This document shows, piece after piece, positions 23,628 through 42,000 of a stretch of 64,000 nucleotides of DNA. The notes beneath the pieces are model-generated. The model did no database searches, had not been told where the DNA came from, and saw only the letters and a program-made list of their open reading frames with translations. Origin of the DNA: Asterias rubens (lineage: Eukaryota); the NCBI RefSeq assembly GCF_902459465.1, contig NC_047075.1, forward strand, positions 558,001-622,000, given 5' to 3'. Each line of letters starts with the position of its first letter. The stretch's first letter is position 1. The position numbers and the translations under genes are program-made.

Positions 23628-24289
23628 TAACTACCAACGGTATACCCTACCTTAAAGTGTAAATTGGTCCACACTTTAGCTGGTTGAAAGAAGATATAAA
23701 AAAAGTTTTTGATTTTTGTTTATGAATCTTTGTGTCTTCGCTTGGGCTTTCTTTTACAGCATTTTTCGTTCACTCTCTCAATTCATCACTAGCCAATAAT
23801 CCATGTATACTTTTGTTGCCACACCATTAAAATAAAAGAAAAAAAAACTTTACAAAAATTATGATAAACAAATTTCAAGATAAACAATGAAAATAATGTA
23901 AAAAAAAAAACTTTCATCGGTAAAATTATTACTATGTACAGTATAATCCTTTTACACACCAAAGCCCAGAAATTCTGAAATCCAACAAAATCCACTGCTT
24001 GTACGTTTACCAACTTGCTGAAAATTTCTAGCATTTCCCCCCCCCCCCCCCCCCTCTCATACTGGCATCACGTCTCACTGACAAGTACCCAGAGCCCCAA
24101 GCCAACAGGGGAACAACTTTAACCATTATTGAGTCAACAGAGAGAAGGCATTTCTGTCCGAGTATAACAGATTGAAAACGGGGCTCATTTCATTCAGTTT
24201 TCTCGCGAGTTTTAAGTTCCGTTTATGTTTTCTCACAAACCAAAAGGGAAACTGACTGGGAAAATTTGACAGAAGTTTGGGTTGAACGA

Positions 24290-24430
24290 AGAAAATTTGA
24301 GTGGAATGTGAACCTGCAACCTTCAGATTGATGTGCAGGTGCTCTACCAACTGAGCTATCTAGCCCTAACGTTAGCGCTCTTCCTATTATGTCAATGTCT
24401 TTGTTTGGGTGTGCAGTTGGAAGCCATTCA
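24290..24430 (-). mobile_element. tRNA-derived SINE family 3
   Basis: gctagatagctcagttggtagagcacc...ggttgcaggttcacattcc head. Relatives at about 46135-46250, 55050-55290 (two in tandem), 57715-57835. Confidence 0.65.
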
Positions 24431-25768
24431 ACCTGTAACTGCTGTATAGACCGTATTGAATAACCCCTTTGCTGCTATGAAAGTCGCCATCTTGTAGGGC
24501 AAACCATATGCGCGTCTATACGCGTACATCAAAGAAACACGCAGCACGCAGCGTTCCCGGTTTGATTTCTACGGCACATGCATGCACACACACACACACA
24601 CGCTTGCACACGCCATCTTGTAGGGCAGATATTGAACCGGTGACGTCATATTCAATATGGTATATAGCCAGGGATCAAACCCATAATATATTATTTCCTT
24701 TTTCGTGCTCCGTATCTAGATTATGATTAATTTTGTTAATGGAAACATCTTAACTGTGCACATAACTGTTATGTATGAGGTTCCCATGGTAAATAGTTCT
24801 TGCCCAGAGCAATGGGCACAAGTCACTAGGGGTGGGAAAGGGGCAGGAAAGGGGCAGGAGGAGACATGTCACTGGAGTGGGGAAGGGCAGGAAAAAGGGT
24901 GGGGTGCAACCAATAATTGTATCAAAAGAAAGAACATTGATAGTGAGAGAAACTATCTCTGAGAGACTGGCACCTCATCACAACCTGTTTCAGCTCATAG
25001 TTTTACCTCAACCCTCCTACTGTCTGACCGATCAATTTCATCCACTGTAGTTTTGAATAAGGGAACAAATGAGTAGGCGATAGCGCCCTCTTTTGACTGG
25101 ATTTCCTCACGACCAATCAAAAAGGATGAAATGTCCCAAGAGTGGATTTCACAAAGAGTTAAGACTAATCTTGTCTGTGTTAGGACGAGTTACTCATCCT
25201 ACCTAAGGACTAGCCTTAACTCCTAAAGACTAGAGTCCTAAGTTAGGACTACCTTGGACTAGTCCTATTAGGACTACCTTGGACTATCTTTGTGAAATCG
25301 ACCCCTGGACTCCTGTATTCCTGAATGAATGGCAAAGTATTCCAAGCTGCAAAATTACATCACAGTACTTGAACTCCACTCTTTTCCGCAATTTTCAACT
25401 GGCTTTCTAAGAAGAACATGTCAAGTTGTATTGGAACTTTGCAATTCTCCCTGAAGTTCAGAAGCTTAGTGACCACTTGCAGCTGATTTCAGATTTGAAT
25501 AAACTCTCAACTACAGCTTGGCTAAAACACCCCGCCCCCTCCCTTACTCTGCTCCTCCCTACTGGCACAAAGTCCCCTCATCAACAGGTGGGATTTTAAA
25601 ACCAAAACGTTCGGGACATTGCGGGGCGCCGTCAACGCCCCGTTCAAACTCACACCCCGGTTGTTTCAGATCAACATTTAAATGCAAGTAAAATGAAGAG
25701 AGGAAAACATAAGGGTCCGTACATAAAGTATACACTACATACAGAAGTAGAAAATGGGCCAACTTTTG

Positions 25769-30209
<4,441 letters not shown>

Positions 30210-31847
30210 CTTGGAAGTGTTTAGGTTGAGCTAGCCTCCTCGTTTAATTGAATATAAAGTTCTAGAGCCGGATCACGGCAACGCCTTTAAGGTGAAACGC
30301 TTACACCTGGATTAATCAGGAAGATAAAATGGTATTGAAAGGTTAGAGGTTGACTCCATTAATATAAACATTTGGTTTCACTAGTTGTTTTCCTTTGCCA
30401 CTTAAAAAAAATCAAGGTTATCTTTACTCTGTGAACATTTACACTTTTGTTTGGAACAGTCTTTCATATTTTCCGTTGAAGCCTCATAATTAATAACGAA
30501 ACAGTCTATTGATGATGGAACTTCAAACTTATCTAAAGACACAACCACCAATATTCCTTTTCTACGTTCAATGTAAAGAAAATATATAATGGTAACCCAC
30601 ATGTTCATAATGAAATAGCCGTAAATCTAGGCCTACAAGGACTTATAAATCTATGACTACTAGAGATAGGAAACAGTGCTCTCCCTTAACAGTGGTGCAC
30701 TGGGCAAATACCATCTAAAATACCTCAGGACTGGTCAGTCAATAGTCACTCTAAGTGGTCCAGCTAGCTAGTTCACTGTTTAAAAGCATCCCTATTATAA
30801 ATAGGGAATAACAGTGTAGGGAGCCGGTCTTCAGTGTGTGGTAATGACCGGTTATTGGCTGGCCGCTGTTAATGGACCAAGTAAAACGTGAGGTCCATTA
30901 ACAGCAGCCAGCAGCCATAACCAATGTCACATGTAAATACACCAACAATTTACATTGCTGTGACTGGTGCGTGCCCCACCCATTTTTTGTCTAGCATAGA
31001 ATTTGTTAAGCAGTATTTTCTGCTTAACAGCTTTATTACACTTGGCCCAGGTCAACATAAGCCATGCACTCTGTGTGGAAGAGCCGTGTAATTCCATGCA
31101 CGGGTGATTTAAAACATTGGCCTAGCTAGTTTTGAATATACACCATCTGAATTGTTCATACCCTAAAGGCATGCCTTGTGTGAAAATAAAATGCAGTATG
31201 AAAGTTCAAACTAAATAAAAGGACAGGTTTGGGCGGGTCCCCAAACTCAAAGTTTAATACCAGTTTCCTGTTCCTTTGCCAAACAAAGCGATTCAGAATT
31301 TCAAATTATTCAAATACAAAAATCACCCAGGAACAAAATGAGCAGTGGCTTTCTGCATGCATAAATACATACTAGGCGTTGAACAGCGTTAAGAAACTGA
31401 CACTCTAAAAACAATCCATTTTGCATTTTACATGCTTTCAGTGAAATTAAACACTTAAACATAAACTGAACTTTGTATTCATTTGACTACACCCTCAACG
31501 TGCAATGTGATTTGTGAAGAATACAAATTAAAATAACATACTCATATCCTTGTTTGTACAATAAATGGTCATATGTCTGGAACCAATGATACAATAACCA
31601 CTGAAAAAAGGGGAACATGTTTAAATTCTGTCCCTCTTTGAACAGGGAAACAAAGCAGCGCAGTATGCCTATGTGAGTGCATGCACCGTGCAAGCTACAC
31701 AATGGGCACCCCACGCTTACAATCTAGTATTGCAAGTTTATATTTTTTTTAAGCGTTTGTGCGTGACATCCCATTTCTTCCGTCATTAACTGGTTACAAA
31801 TTTATTCAATGAAACCAACAAGTATTTGGCACTCTTTAAAAACTTAA

Positions 31848-32207
31848 AGCCATTGGACACTTTCGGAACAGAACAAAAATTAAAAGATTTACAAATAACT
31901 TACAGGGTTTACAGAAGGTAATGGCGAAAGACTTCTCTTGAAATATTACTCCATGAAATGCTTTACTTTTTGAGAAAACATTAAAATAATATCAATTCTA
32001 AATATCGAGAATTACGGATTTATTTTAAACACATGTAATGACACCGCGAAACGTGCGGAAACAATGGTGGGTTTTCCTGTTATTTTCTCCCGACTCCGAT
32101 GACCAATTGAGCCTAAATTTTCACAGGTTTGTTATTTTATATAATATAAGTTGTGATACACGAAGTGTGAGCTAGACAATACTGTTTACCGAAAGTGTCC
32201 AATTGCT
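31848..32207. mobile_element. Kolobok-like MITE (TTAA TSD)
   Basis: TTAA|AGCCATTGGACACTTTCGG ... CCGAAAGTGTCCAATTGCT|TTAA. Confidence 0.7.
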
Positions 32208-34435
32208 TTAATGAGAAACATGACCATCTTGAACTTATGTATGTTATTTCAACATCCTTAAAATAAACAAATGGATCAGTACACATTTCCTCTTCAACAT
32301 CTCCACTTACCCATAACACAATCCCTAAGATTGTTCGATCATTCCTAGCAAACTTCTTCCCATAACAAAAATTTACATTACTATCCCTTCCTGGAAGAGC
32401 AAATCTTGTGATTGAATGAGTGAAGGAGTGATTCGACGCAGTATTTATGTGCAGGAGACAAACCGTTTACGTCAGCCACCAATCATGACGTAAATGAATG
32501 ATATCCTGCAATGTTAGTCATCATACGAGTGTCTAGATTCCTAAAAACAAATTAGTTGTTGCTTTAACTATGAAGCGTTAACTTCCAACTCCATGGGGAA
32601 AAAGGAAATGCTGTTTACTGTGTAAGTGAATCTACCACAAGCTGTTAACGAGGCTTGCCAAGTTTAACAACAAAAAGTACAGTACATGGCAGGACTAATA
32701 CTTCATGCCCCCTGGTCATTGCCTTGGTGCCCTTGAAATGCACAGTAGAAATTGACAATTTCCTCATAACGTGTCCTTTACCAAGGAGAAAATGCCTTGG
32801 TGCCCTTGCCCTTTCAAAAACGAAGCATACAGGCCTGACATGGCGTGCTTCATTTTTTCAAGGGCAAGGGCACCAAGGCATTTTCTCCTTAGTAAAAGGG
32901 TACCCTTTGAGGCAATTGTAAACTTCTACTGAAGCCTTTTAAGGGCATGACGACATTGACCAGGGGCATGGAGGCAATGCCCTACGTTGCCTCCGTGAAG
33001 TATCAGGCCTGCATGTGGCAGCGTTCGCCCTTAATTGTTGTTCTTTGGCCAGATGCCAGTCAAACGCGACGAGGACTGTTCCAAACTATGTTAAAGTGCA
33101 CTGGTGCAGGCCACGAAATAACCCACTGCAGGCACCTATCAGCAATGATTTATCAGAGTCAAAATCAATATTTCAACATCATTTGTTTATTTTAAAAAGA
33201 TATACACAGAGAGGTAGGCTTATTATTAATCAATTGAAACACACAAGACTGGCGGACTTGTCCAGTAGCGAGTTTACTGGCATTTTATCATCAAATAAAC
33301 CAAGATTGCATCCTAGGGCTTTTAAAACCAAAGATAAACACTGAGCAGAAAAAATTCCAAGGACCTTGTTTCAATTTAGCAAGCTTACACCAAGCTTCTG
33401 AAATGGAGTCCAGAATGCCCAATAGTTTTGAAAAATCCTTGAAACCCTGGCAACTGACACCAAAAGCTCTAGCTAAAAAGAAGACATTTACATTTGCAAC
33501 ACCAACATGACCAAGCCTCTAAATATGTACCCAACGGCACCCATAGCAATTGCAGTGGTGCCCTGTGCTTTTGTTGTGGTGCCTTTGCAAATTTACATTT
33601 TCCTCACAGAAGTGTCCCTTACCAGAGGAAAACTGCTGTGCCCCCTTGAGAACGAAATTCATGTAGTTCCTGAGTGTGTAACCACGGTCTTGGTTTTGGT
33701 GTCTCGTAAAAATGTAAATTTTCACTTCATATGGGAAGAGTCCTTTGTAAAGAAAGTAGCCATTTCCAAGGATAAAATGTTCAACATGTAAGATAATTAC
33801 CATTGTGTGCCCTTAAGAATACAACCAGTGAAACGACAATGTCAACCTTGTAGTTTCACTGGTCCATCAGGTTTGTCACTACTAGTCCATATTTCATATT
33901 AGTTTGGGGTGTGTTTCAACACGGAACTAATAGCAAGCTGGACCATTTGAATTTTCACTGGTCCTCAGTTATTAACTGTCAATAGCACAGCGATTATAGT
34001 GTTAAAGGAGACTGCTGAATAAAAAACAAACATTAGCTGACATTTTATTTGCATTGTCGATGAGTTAATAACCTCTAAGAGTCCATTGAAGTCAACTGAA
34101 GATCCATGCTTCCGTTATAAACAAATTATTATGTTTCTGAATTGAGCATACTGAAATTGGATCTATTTCGACCTCCATGATTCTACACTGCATGCACATC
34201 ATGAGCGTGTACATGACATGATGTTCAGGGTGTTAACTGTTAGTTGAAATAATCTGAACATTTGTGACTTTCCAAACTTTGAACATTGGTTTATCCTATT
34301 CTGCTTCATAACAATGGTGTGTTTCAAGCCTACAAATCAATCCAACATTGTCCTGCCTACATTTTTACATCAGAAAACATGTAAACATTAAATGTAAACG
34401 ACTCCACGACTGTTGCAAGAAATTAAATTACTTGA

Positions 34436-35306
34436 TAGTTGCGATAACGTAACCCTCCTGCCGACGGCGGAGCCGGAGGGTTACGAGTCACATGCAATCT
34501 GTGCAGTGCGAAATGGTCAAACACGTACAATTTCGACAGCTAGTCAACAGATTTGCTCAATTTTTACCCCTTTCGAAAATCATGACACAAATTCTATGAA
34601 CACGACCTTAATCCTCAATATCTAATGAATAACATTCAAAACAACATTGAGAAAGTATTTTGAAAAAAAAGTACAAAAACTTACCAGATCCCGGAGCGAA
34701 ACAGTCACAAATTTCCCGGGTTCTATTTTGAACCTGTCGCTTCGCCATTTTGTGACTTCCCGATGTTCATTGCTGTTGGACTAAACCATTCTGTAAAAGG
34801 GGTGTTATAAAGCAGCGCGGCAGGGCGTGTGCGCTGTCCGTTTACTATGCCCGCTGTTCACTCACTAGCGCACTGCCGCACTGCAGCTGCACCCATTGTA
34901 ACACCCCTTTTACAGAATGGTTTAGTCAAACTCGGCTGCGGCTCGGTCGGCAGGTCGTCAATTCAATTGGCTGGTACCTGCGGTTGGGTTCAGCGCTTGG
35001 GGTCAGCGCTTGGTAACCAGCGACATGTTCAAAAATAGAACCTGGGAAATTTGTGACTGTTTCGCTCCCGGGATCTGGTAAGTTTTTTTCCTTTTTTTTC
35101 AAAATATTTTCTCAATTGTGTTTTGGAATGTTATTCATTAGATATTGAGGATTAAGTTCGTGTTCATAGCATTTGTGTCATGATTTTTGAAAGTGGTAAA
35201 AAAATGAGCAAATCTGTTGACTAAAATATTTCACCCTGAATCGATTGCGAATGACTCGTAACCCTCCGGCTACGCCGTCGGCAGGAGGGTTACGTTATCG
35301 CAACTA
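34436..35306. mobile_element. 871-bp foldback element, ~300-bp TIRs, 9-bp TSD (Mutator/MULE-like)
   Basis: attacttga at 34427-34435 and 35307-35315 flanks tagttgcgataac...gttatcgcaacta. Arm 34436-34740 is the imperfect reverse complement of about 35020-35306. A smaller inverted-repeat element sits at about 34778-34928. Confidence 0.8.
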
Positions 35307-38046
35307 ATTACTTGAATGACAGGAGACTTTGATTAGAACTGAAAAGAAGTGGATTTTCAACAAGGTCAAGTTATTTTAAACTATTCCACCATTAAGAAAT
35401 AGTCAACTTGAACTTCTGCAATAGTTCACTCGCTGCCCGAAAGAATAAGACAAAATTCCCTAGGCTAAGGTCTAAATGGCAAATACCAATGGACAGATTT
35501 GTTGGTTTCAAACACTCGTTGCCGCATGCGACTAGACAGGGTGCTAGACATGCTAGAACTACGAAAGGGGCGTGGAACTTGTAAAGTTCAAGTGCAGAGT
35601 CTAGTCGCAGATGCCAACGCAACCTTTAAGTAAACAAACCTGACCGTTTGAAGAACAAGATGGCGCATCAAAGAGGGTGATAATTCTGATTCTTGTGAGG
35701 GGAGTCAAGTTTTTTGCTTGCTCACTGTATTTCTTTTTAATTTATTTAAATTAAAATGTTTATGCAGAGCATTCATTCAATCAGACATTGTAACAATCCA
35801 TGGTTTGTATTTTTACAGAAAGAATCATTTGGCATTTTTGTAATGAAACATACTGAGTACATTTAATATAAAATCATCATTAATCATTGTTATAAAAATA
35901 TAAAAATAAATAAATAAAGAACACAAAATCATGAACAGAAGTCAAGTATGCACACACAACACAAAAACAAACAAGTATGAACTACAATTAAAGTCAAGTA
36001 GTCATTCAACAACATGATAAAGACTTTGAAAATGTACAGCTAATGTTTTTAACTTTCTCTAGTTTGACATGTTGCACGCCCAACGAACAGTTCAACCCAC
36101 ATTTCATATGACACACAACACAACCCAATACACATGTGTACAAAATGGCACAGCAGACCCGCCATGCTGTTTGCAGTACTCACCATGTACAATGCCAATG
36201 GCTCTGTGCAGTTTACAATGTAACGCCCAACTTCCGGGATAACACAAGTTCTCGTCAAATTTACCCTCAGAACGATTTGAAATCACTTGAAACATTTGTG
36301 AGAAGGACAAGAATGACTACGACGTTCGTCTATGCATTTTGGTGACAATACATAGAGAAATACTACTAGTTTCGAAGGTTTTTGTGGAAATTTTCAAGGG
36401 TTTGCCGGTTTTCCCTATTCGCCAATAGATGGCGGTTGAACTGAATCACTCTATATGGCAATATCAATGCGCTCTAATAAAGTAGTTCATAATTTGCAAT
36501 AATTCCAAATTCAAAAGAATTTTGACGGCTTAATTTGCAAAATAACTACCTAATTGTGTGTCTTTTAATTAATAATGAAAATTAAAAGCAAAATTTTGCT
36601 TCAATTCTGGTTTTATTTCTTTTGGCTCATTTATCTCAACACTGTTTAGAGTAAAGTGGCCAGGGCGTGGTGACGTTACCTATACCCTCGTTCGATCATT
36701 TATTTTTATTGCATAGTGTCACGGCGGGTGTCATTTTGCAGCTTGAGTGACAAGATTGTCAGGAATTAATGTTGGAAATTTAAAAAATACATCCTTTAAT
36801 GGTGAAAATATGTTGTGTTGTCTGCAACAATCTTTGATGAATGGAAAATGTTAACAGGTGTTCTTCTGGTACATGATCGGTAACGTTGGTGCACAAGGTT
36901 TGCGTAGAGTTTGATACTGAAAATTAACTGGTATCCAGATAATTACAAGCGCCACCCACGGGGTTCTGATTGTCGCGCGCCGAAACAACTTTTTTCTTTG
37001 AAAAAAAAACTATATAAACACGGGGAAAACATTATTTTACTATTGTTTTAAATTAACTGGATTTAACTTATCGGGCGTAGGACGAAATATTGTGTAAGAA
37101 GCCTTAATTGAATATAATTTTAAAAGATGCCCCTCCCTGCTGCAAGGAAGCATGCTGCGTGCGTGTGCCATTAAGGATTTTTTGTTAATTTGTTTATATT
37201 TTTTTTTTTGGGGGGGGGGCAGGTGAAGATATTTTCTCATTGACAAACAAATTGAATTTTAATTTTAGCACGAACAAACTTTTCCCTTCCTACCACGCCC
37301 ACCAACTGTCACTGAATTCTGAAACTGGGGATTAAATTTAAAATTAAAATAAAAATCACGAAAAAAGAAAACAACCATTATGTTTTTCTACCTTCCAAAA
37401 TTGCGCAACGTACACTTTTGGGCTGGCGGTAAAGAGAATAACCCCTTGAAATTTCATGTTTTGATCCCTTGGTTGACGTCACTCCCGGTCTGCATAGGCG
37501 AGCCCTCTGTGATTAGCCTCTTTTGAAATAAAGTTGCATGTCATCAATCATGCCGAAAAGAACAGGGGAATATCGCTCTCCTTATAATCAGATGATGACG
37601 TTTGTAATCACTCTTAAAAACCAATTATCCAGCATCAGTAGGCCTACATTTTCTCCATGAGTTGAACACCATTTTCTAGTTCTAGTTTAAAAAAAAAATT
37701 ACAATATTTTTCTGAGATATTTAATTTGTTTGCGTGGGTTAAAAAAATAAAAGTGGGCGTGGCCAACGATAGAACCACACAACCCCAAAGCTGTATGGCT
37801 GGCACATATTTCAGCCATTTTTTCAAACATAATTTCCCATTTTGATTGATCACATGGTACAATAGATTTAGAAAACATGATTAAATAACACTTTTTAACG
37901 CAGAAAATGCAGAAAAGTCGAAGGACTGGTAATCACTTTGATCTTTGTGAAATACTGCATTCTAAAAATAGCCCTATGCTTTAACACACAATACCGCATC
38001 CAATAGAGTGAAAATAACATCGGAAATGTAATGTGTAGTCATTTCT

Positions 38047-38222
38047 GTCACGTGAAAAAAATGGAAGGACTGTTTTGAGTCAAGCCTTGTACGGTACCCT
38101 ATTCCACCATACTCTGTTTATAGAATACAGACTTGAGGGACCAGTCGATATATTAAATGTTATTGCAACTGCTGATGGGTTGTGCTGCGTAAAGTTCGCT
38201 GTTTTTTCTCCCCCAAATCAAG
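38047..38222 (+). promoter_or_regulatory. Candidate ATP6V1C promoter/first non-coding exon with CLEAR/M-box-like motif
   Basis: GTCACGTGAA at 38047-38056; donor caag|gtgaga at 38223. The ATG at 39027 directly follows an acceptor AG, so an upstream exon is required. Confidence 0.5.
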
Positions 38223-39026
38223 GTGAGATTTAACTGATTTGACTTTTAATGGACGTATAATGGAAGTCCGTACAATTATTGACTATTATTCTTTTACTTT
38301 AAAGTTTTATGATAGAATAAAAGAGCCTCAAATATAATTTTTGTAAATGTCAATAATATTATGTTTCTTTCACCATCGCATCGGCATTTTTGTCACCAAC
38401 CAAAGTTACCAATGATCCAATCCTTCTGCAATCATGGCAATGTTGTGTTCTTTTCTGATTCTCTGCTTATAATATTGCTCTGGCTGGCGTTTATCATTTA
38501 TATATACCCTTATTTTTATGGATTCTTCCGAGTAATGAAGCAAGTAGAAGTAGACACCTATTTGTTCTAGTGTGTGTTCACTCTTTCTTGTTTTGACTTT
38601 TGTGTGTGAAGCGCAATGGTCATCTTTGTTTTGGTTTTTACTCGCACCCCCTTCTTCCACCAGTTCGTCACTACTCACGCGTTCCTATACCCATTGCACT
38701 GCACATAGTACAACATTATTCGGGAGTCACCGACTTTCTAAGATGAACTGTACTTGAAATTGAAGGAAGAGAGATAACAAACTTATTCAGTCATTCATTC
38801 AATCTTAAAAAGAAAAAATTAAAACCTAAACACAATATTGTTCTTATTGTGTTTCTTTTTATTATTGGAAAAGTTTCCGTATGGTGCCACCACTTTTTCA
38901 TTTGATGTGAAATAATATAGTACCTAATTAACCTCAATGAGATAGGCCTATCCCTTTTTGTAAAAAGGGGTGAAAAAGTGATGGCGCCATACGGAAAGTT
39001 ATCCTTATTTTTTATTTTATTTATAG

Positions 39027-42000
39027 ATGAGTAACTTGACAGAGTTTTGGTTGATCTCTGCTCCTGGGGATAAAACCTGTCAGCAAACATGGGACAAACT
39101 CAACATGACGACATCCAAGCCCGCTCCGATGTCAATGAATCATAAGTTCACCATTCCAGACCTCAAGGTCGGAACATTGGACGTTTTGGTTGGCTTGTCC
39201 GATGAGTTGGGGAAATTAGACGCGTATGTTGAGAGGTAAGATTGCTTCGTAGCATCTGCAAACAATGTCATATAAAGCAAATAAGTGGTGGGAAGTCATC
39301 TTAGAAATACGGACTAGTGAAAGCTCTGGCGGACTAGTGAAATGACAAGCTAACTCAACTGGTCCTGCTGGACAGTCACTGAAAATGTCTGTGTCAAGAG
39401 GTGCATACTATCATAATTGTGGGTGGGCTCACAACCCTCGGCCGACCGCGCAAGACATGACAGAGCTCCGTGTCAAATGGCATGGAACTGCTTGGAGTCG
39501 ATGCAAGGGATGCGACAGACAGGGTCAAGTGGAGGAGAGCCAATAAGGGGGAAGCAGGCCAAATCAAAACCGACTGGGCAACGTTCTTAAAATCAACATG
39601 ATGATGATAATGATTTGGCCTTTTTCTGATTTCAGTTATTAATCAATGTAAAATGTTTTCCTTATTTTCTTTGAAGCGTTGCTCATAAATTGGCGCATTA
39701 CCTTGGAGACGTTCTTGAGGATCAGAAAGATCTTCTTGCAGAGAATCTTACAGCAAGTGGAGGTATGTCTTAGAGTCTTAAATCATCCCCAATTGCCCCC
39801 CCCCCTTTTATGTCCCAATTCCTTTAAGTTTCAGCATATGCACCCTAAATTAGCCTTGTTATGTGGCCCCAATATGTATAAATTGCTTTCCACTATTGCC
39901 CCGCCCCCTACAGTCATTCCTATTATTCGCCCCCGTATAATGCCTCCTGAAATGACACTGATTCATATTTGTTTCTACAGCATTGCCTCCCTAATTTTGC
40001 CTCCATTATTGACCAGTGCCATTACCTTCACTATTGGTCCTTAGCCCCTAGTACTGTTGGACCCAGTATGTATTTTCTCTAGTATTGGCCCTCGTCATTG
40101 GCCCTAATCCCTAGTACAAATGCCTTATTATAAGCCCCTAGTTATTGATCCTAGTTATTGATCTACATTGATACTACACTTGTAAACTTTGACTACAGTG
40201 GAACTGACGACCTACATCACAAGATTCCAGTGGGACCTAGCGAAGTACCCGATCAAACAACCCCTTAAGAACATCGCTGAAATCATCTCCAAACAAGTCT
40301 CTCAGATGGACTCCGACTTAAAGACAAAAGCATCTGCGTATAATAACCTGAAAGGCAACCTGCAGAGCTTGGAGAGAAAGGCAACGTAAGTATGAACTTC
40401 TGACCTGTGACCTTTAACCCCTAAACAAGACCCACTCCACGCATTATACCATTTCACTGACTGACACTCAGACCCAGTCAGCTGTGTACATTTTACTATT
40501 CTTCTTACATTTTGAATATCGTACACATCTTTCAGTGACTGTTTTGATACTTTTGTATAACCTTGACAGCCCCTATTCAACTTGTAATCCTTTTGTAAAT
40601 ATCTTAAGATTTGTTTTTCTCTTTCTAGGGGAAGTTTACTGACTCGTAACCTTGGCGACCTTGTTAAGAAAGATGATTTCGTCACAGAGTCAGAGTACCT
40701 CACCACGCTGCTTGTAGTGGTTCCAAAGTAAGTACAATGCTCAAGAAATATATCAAATATGTTTTATGTGCATTTGACTGGCCCACAAAATGGTCTGTAC
40801 AAAATGACTGATATAATTCATAAGTATTGGAATGATTGATTTTTTTTTGATTTTTTTTTTAATTTGTAGGCAATCGGTTCACGACTGGGAATCCAAGTAT
40901 GAGAAGTTGGCTGATATGGTTGTTCCAAAATCAACAAGGTAGGAGACTTTTAACTCAGGCAGTCGCCTCCATGCCCCCTGGTACCCCTTAAAATGTTCCA
41001 GTTTCACAGAGGCCTCTTGTCATTGCGTTGGTACCCATTTTCCAGTTTCATGCCCGATACTTCACAGATGCAATGGAGGCAATGGGAGACTTTCTGGGAC
41101 GATAGAGGGCAGCAGACTTACCGGGTAAATCCATTGTTCTCAGAATTATGCGCATGTTCAGAACTACGTAAACAATGGAAATTTACCCGGTATGTCTGCT
41201 GCCGCCTAGCGTTGGAAAGTCTCCTATTGCCTCCACGTGCCCATGAGACATTGCCTCGGTGCCTCGTCAATGTTCCAGTTTCAGACCTGATATATCTCAG
41301 AGACCTTCTCTCAAATATTTTGTTCTAATCACACTAAAGTCGGCCTCAGGTCAACCTACGATTTTCTTGCGGCCGCAACAAACCGTCTGAAACGCGCAGA
41401 CAAAAGTGCTCAGGTCACAACAACTGAGAAATCCTCCTGACCTTCGGGATCACGTCGTACAAGTTGAAAATGTTCTGCTCTTGCGACTGTTAATTTTTTC
41501 GAGCGACTGTTTCAGATTGTCTTAAAATCATCACAGTTACGCTCAGGTCGTAAATAATCGCCGACTGAAAAGTTCCCAATGGTCTTAACTCAGGCGCAGT
41601 GTGATTCTGAAAAGTCAAGGTCGACCTGAAGCCGGCTTAAGATGTATGTATTAACTATCTTGATGTTGATGTTGCTGAATTAAGTTTGTCCTCTCTCTTT
41701 AGAAAAATCTATGAAGATGGAGAGCATGGACTCTTCACTGTCACACTCTTCCAGAAAGTGGTGGATGAATACAAATTACATGCCAGAGAAAATAGGTTTG
41801 TGTTCATGAGAAATTAATCCCCAGCCCTTTCTGTCATTAACTTACAAAGAAGTGCAACTACCTAGGTAATTAAACAACAATACTTATTCTAGTCATTGTG
41901 AAATCAGCAGTTAGCCTAGTAAGATTCAAACGGACAACCTTGTGATTGCAAGTTCTCAGTCTAACCACGGTGGCTTACTTATTATGTATGTTGTTTATAT

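Noticed and set aside
39598-39630. C/D-box snoRNA (ATGATGA...CTGA) in an ATP6V1C intron
   Set aside because: The boxes are only about 20 nt apart and the C-box-like motif is the (TGA)n tail of an RTE fragment.
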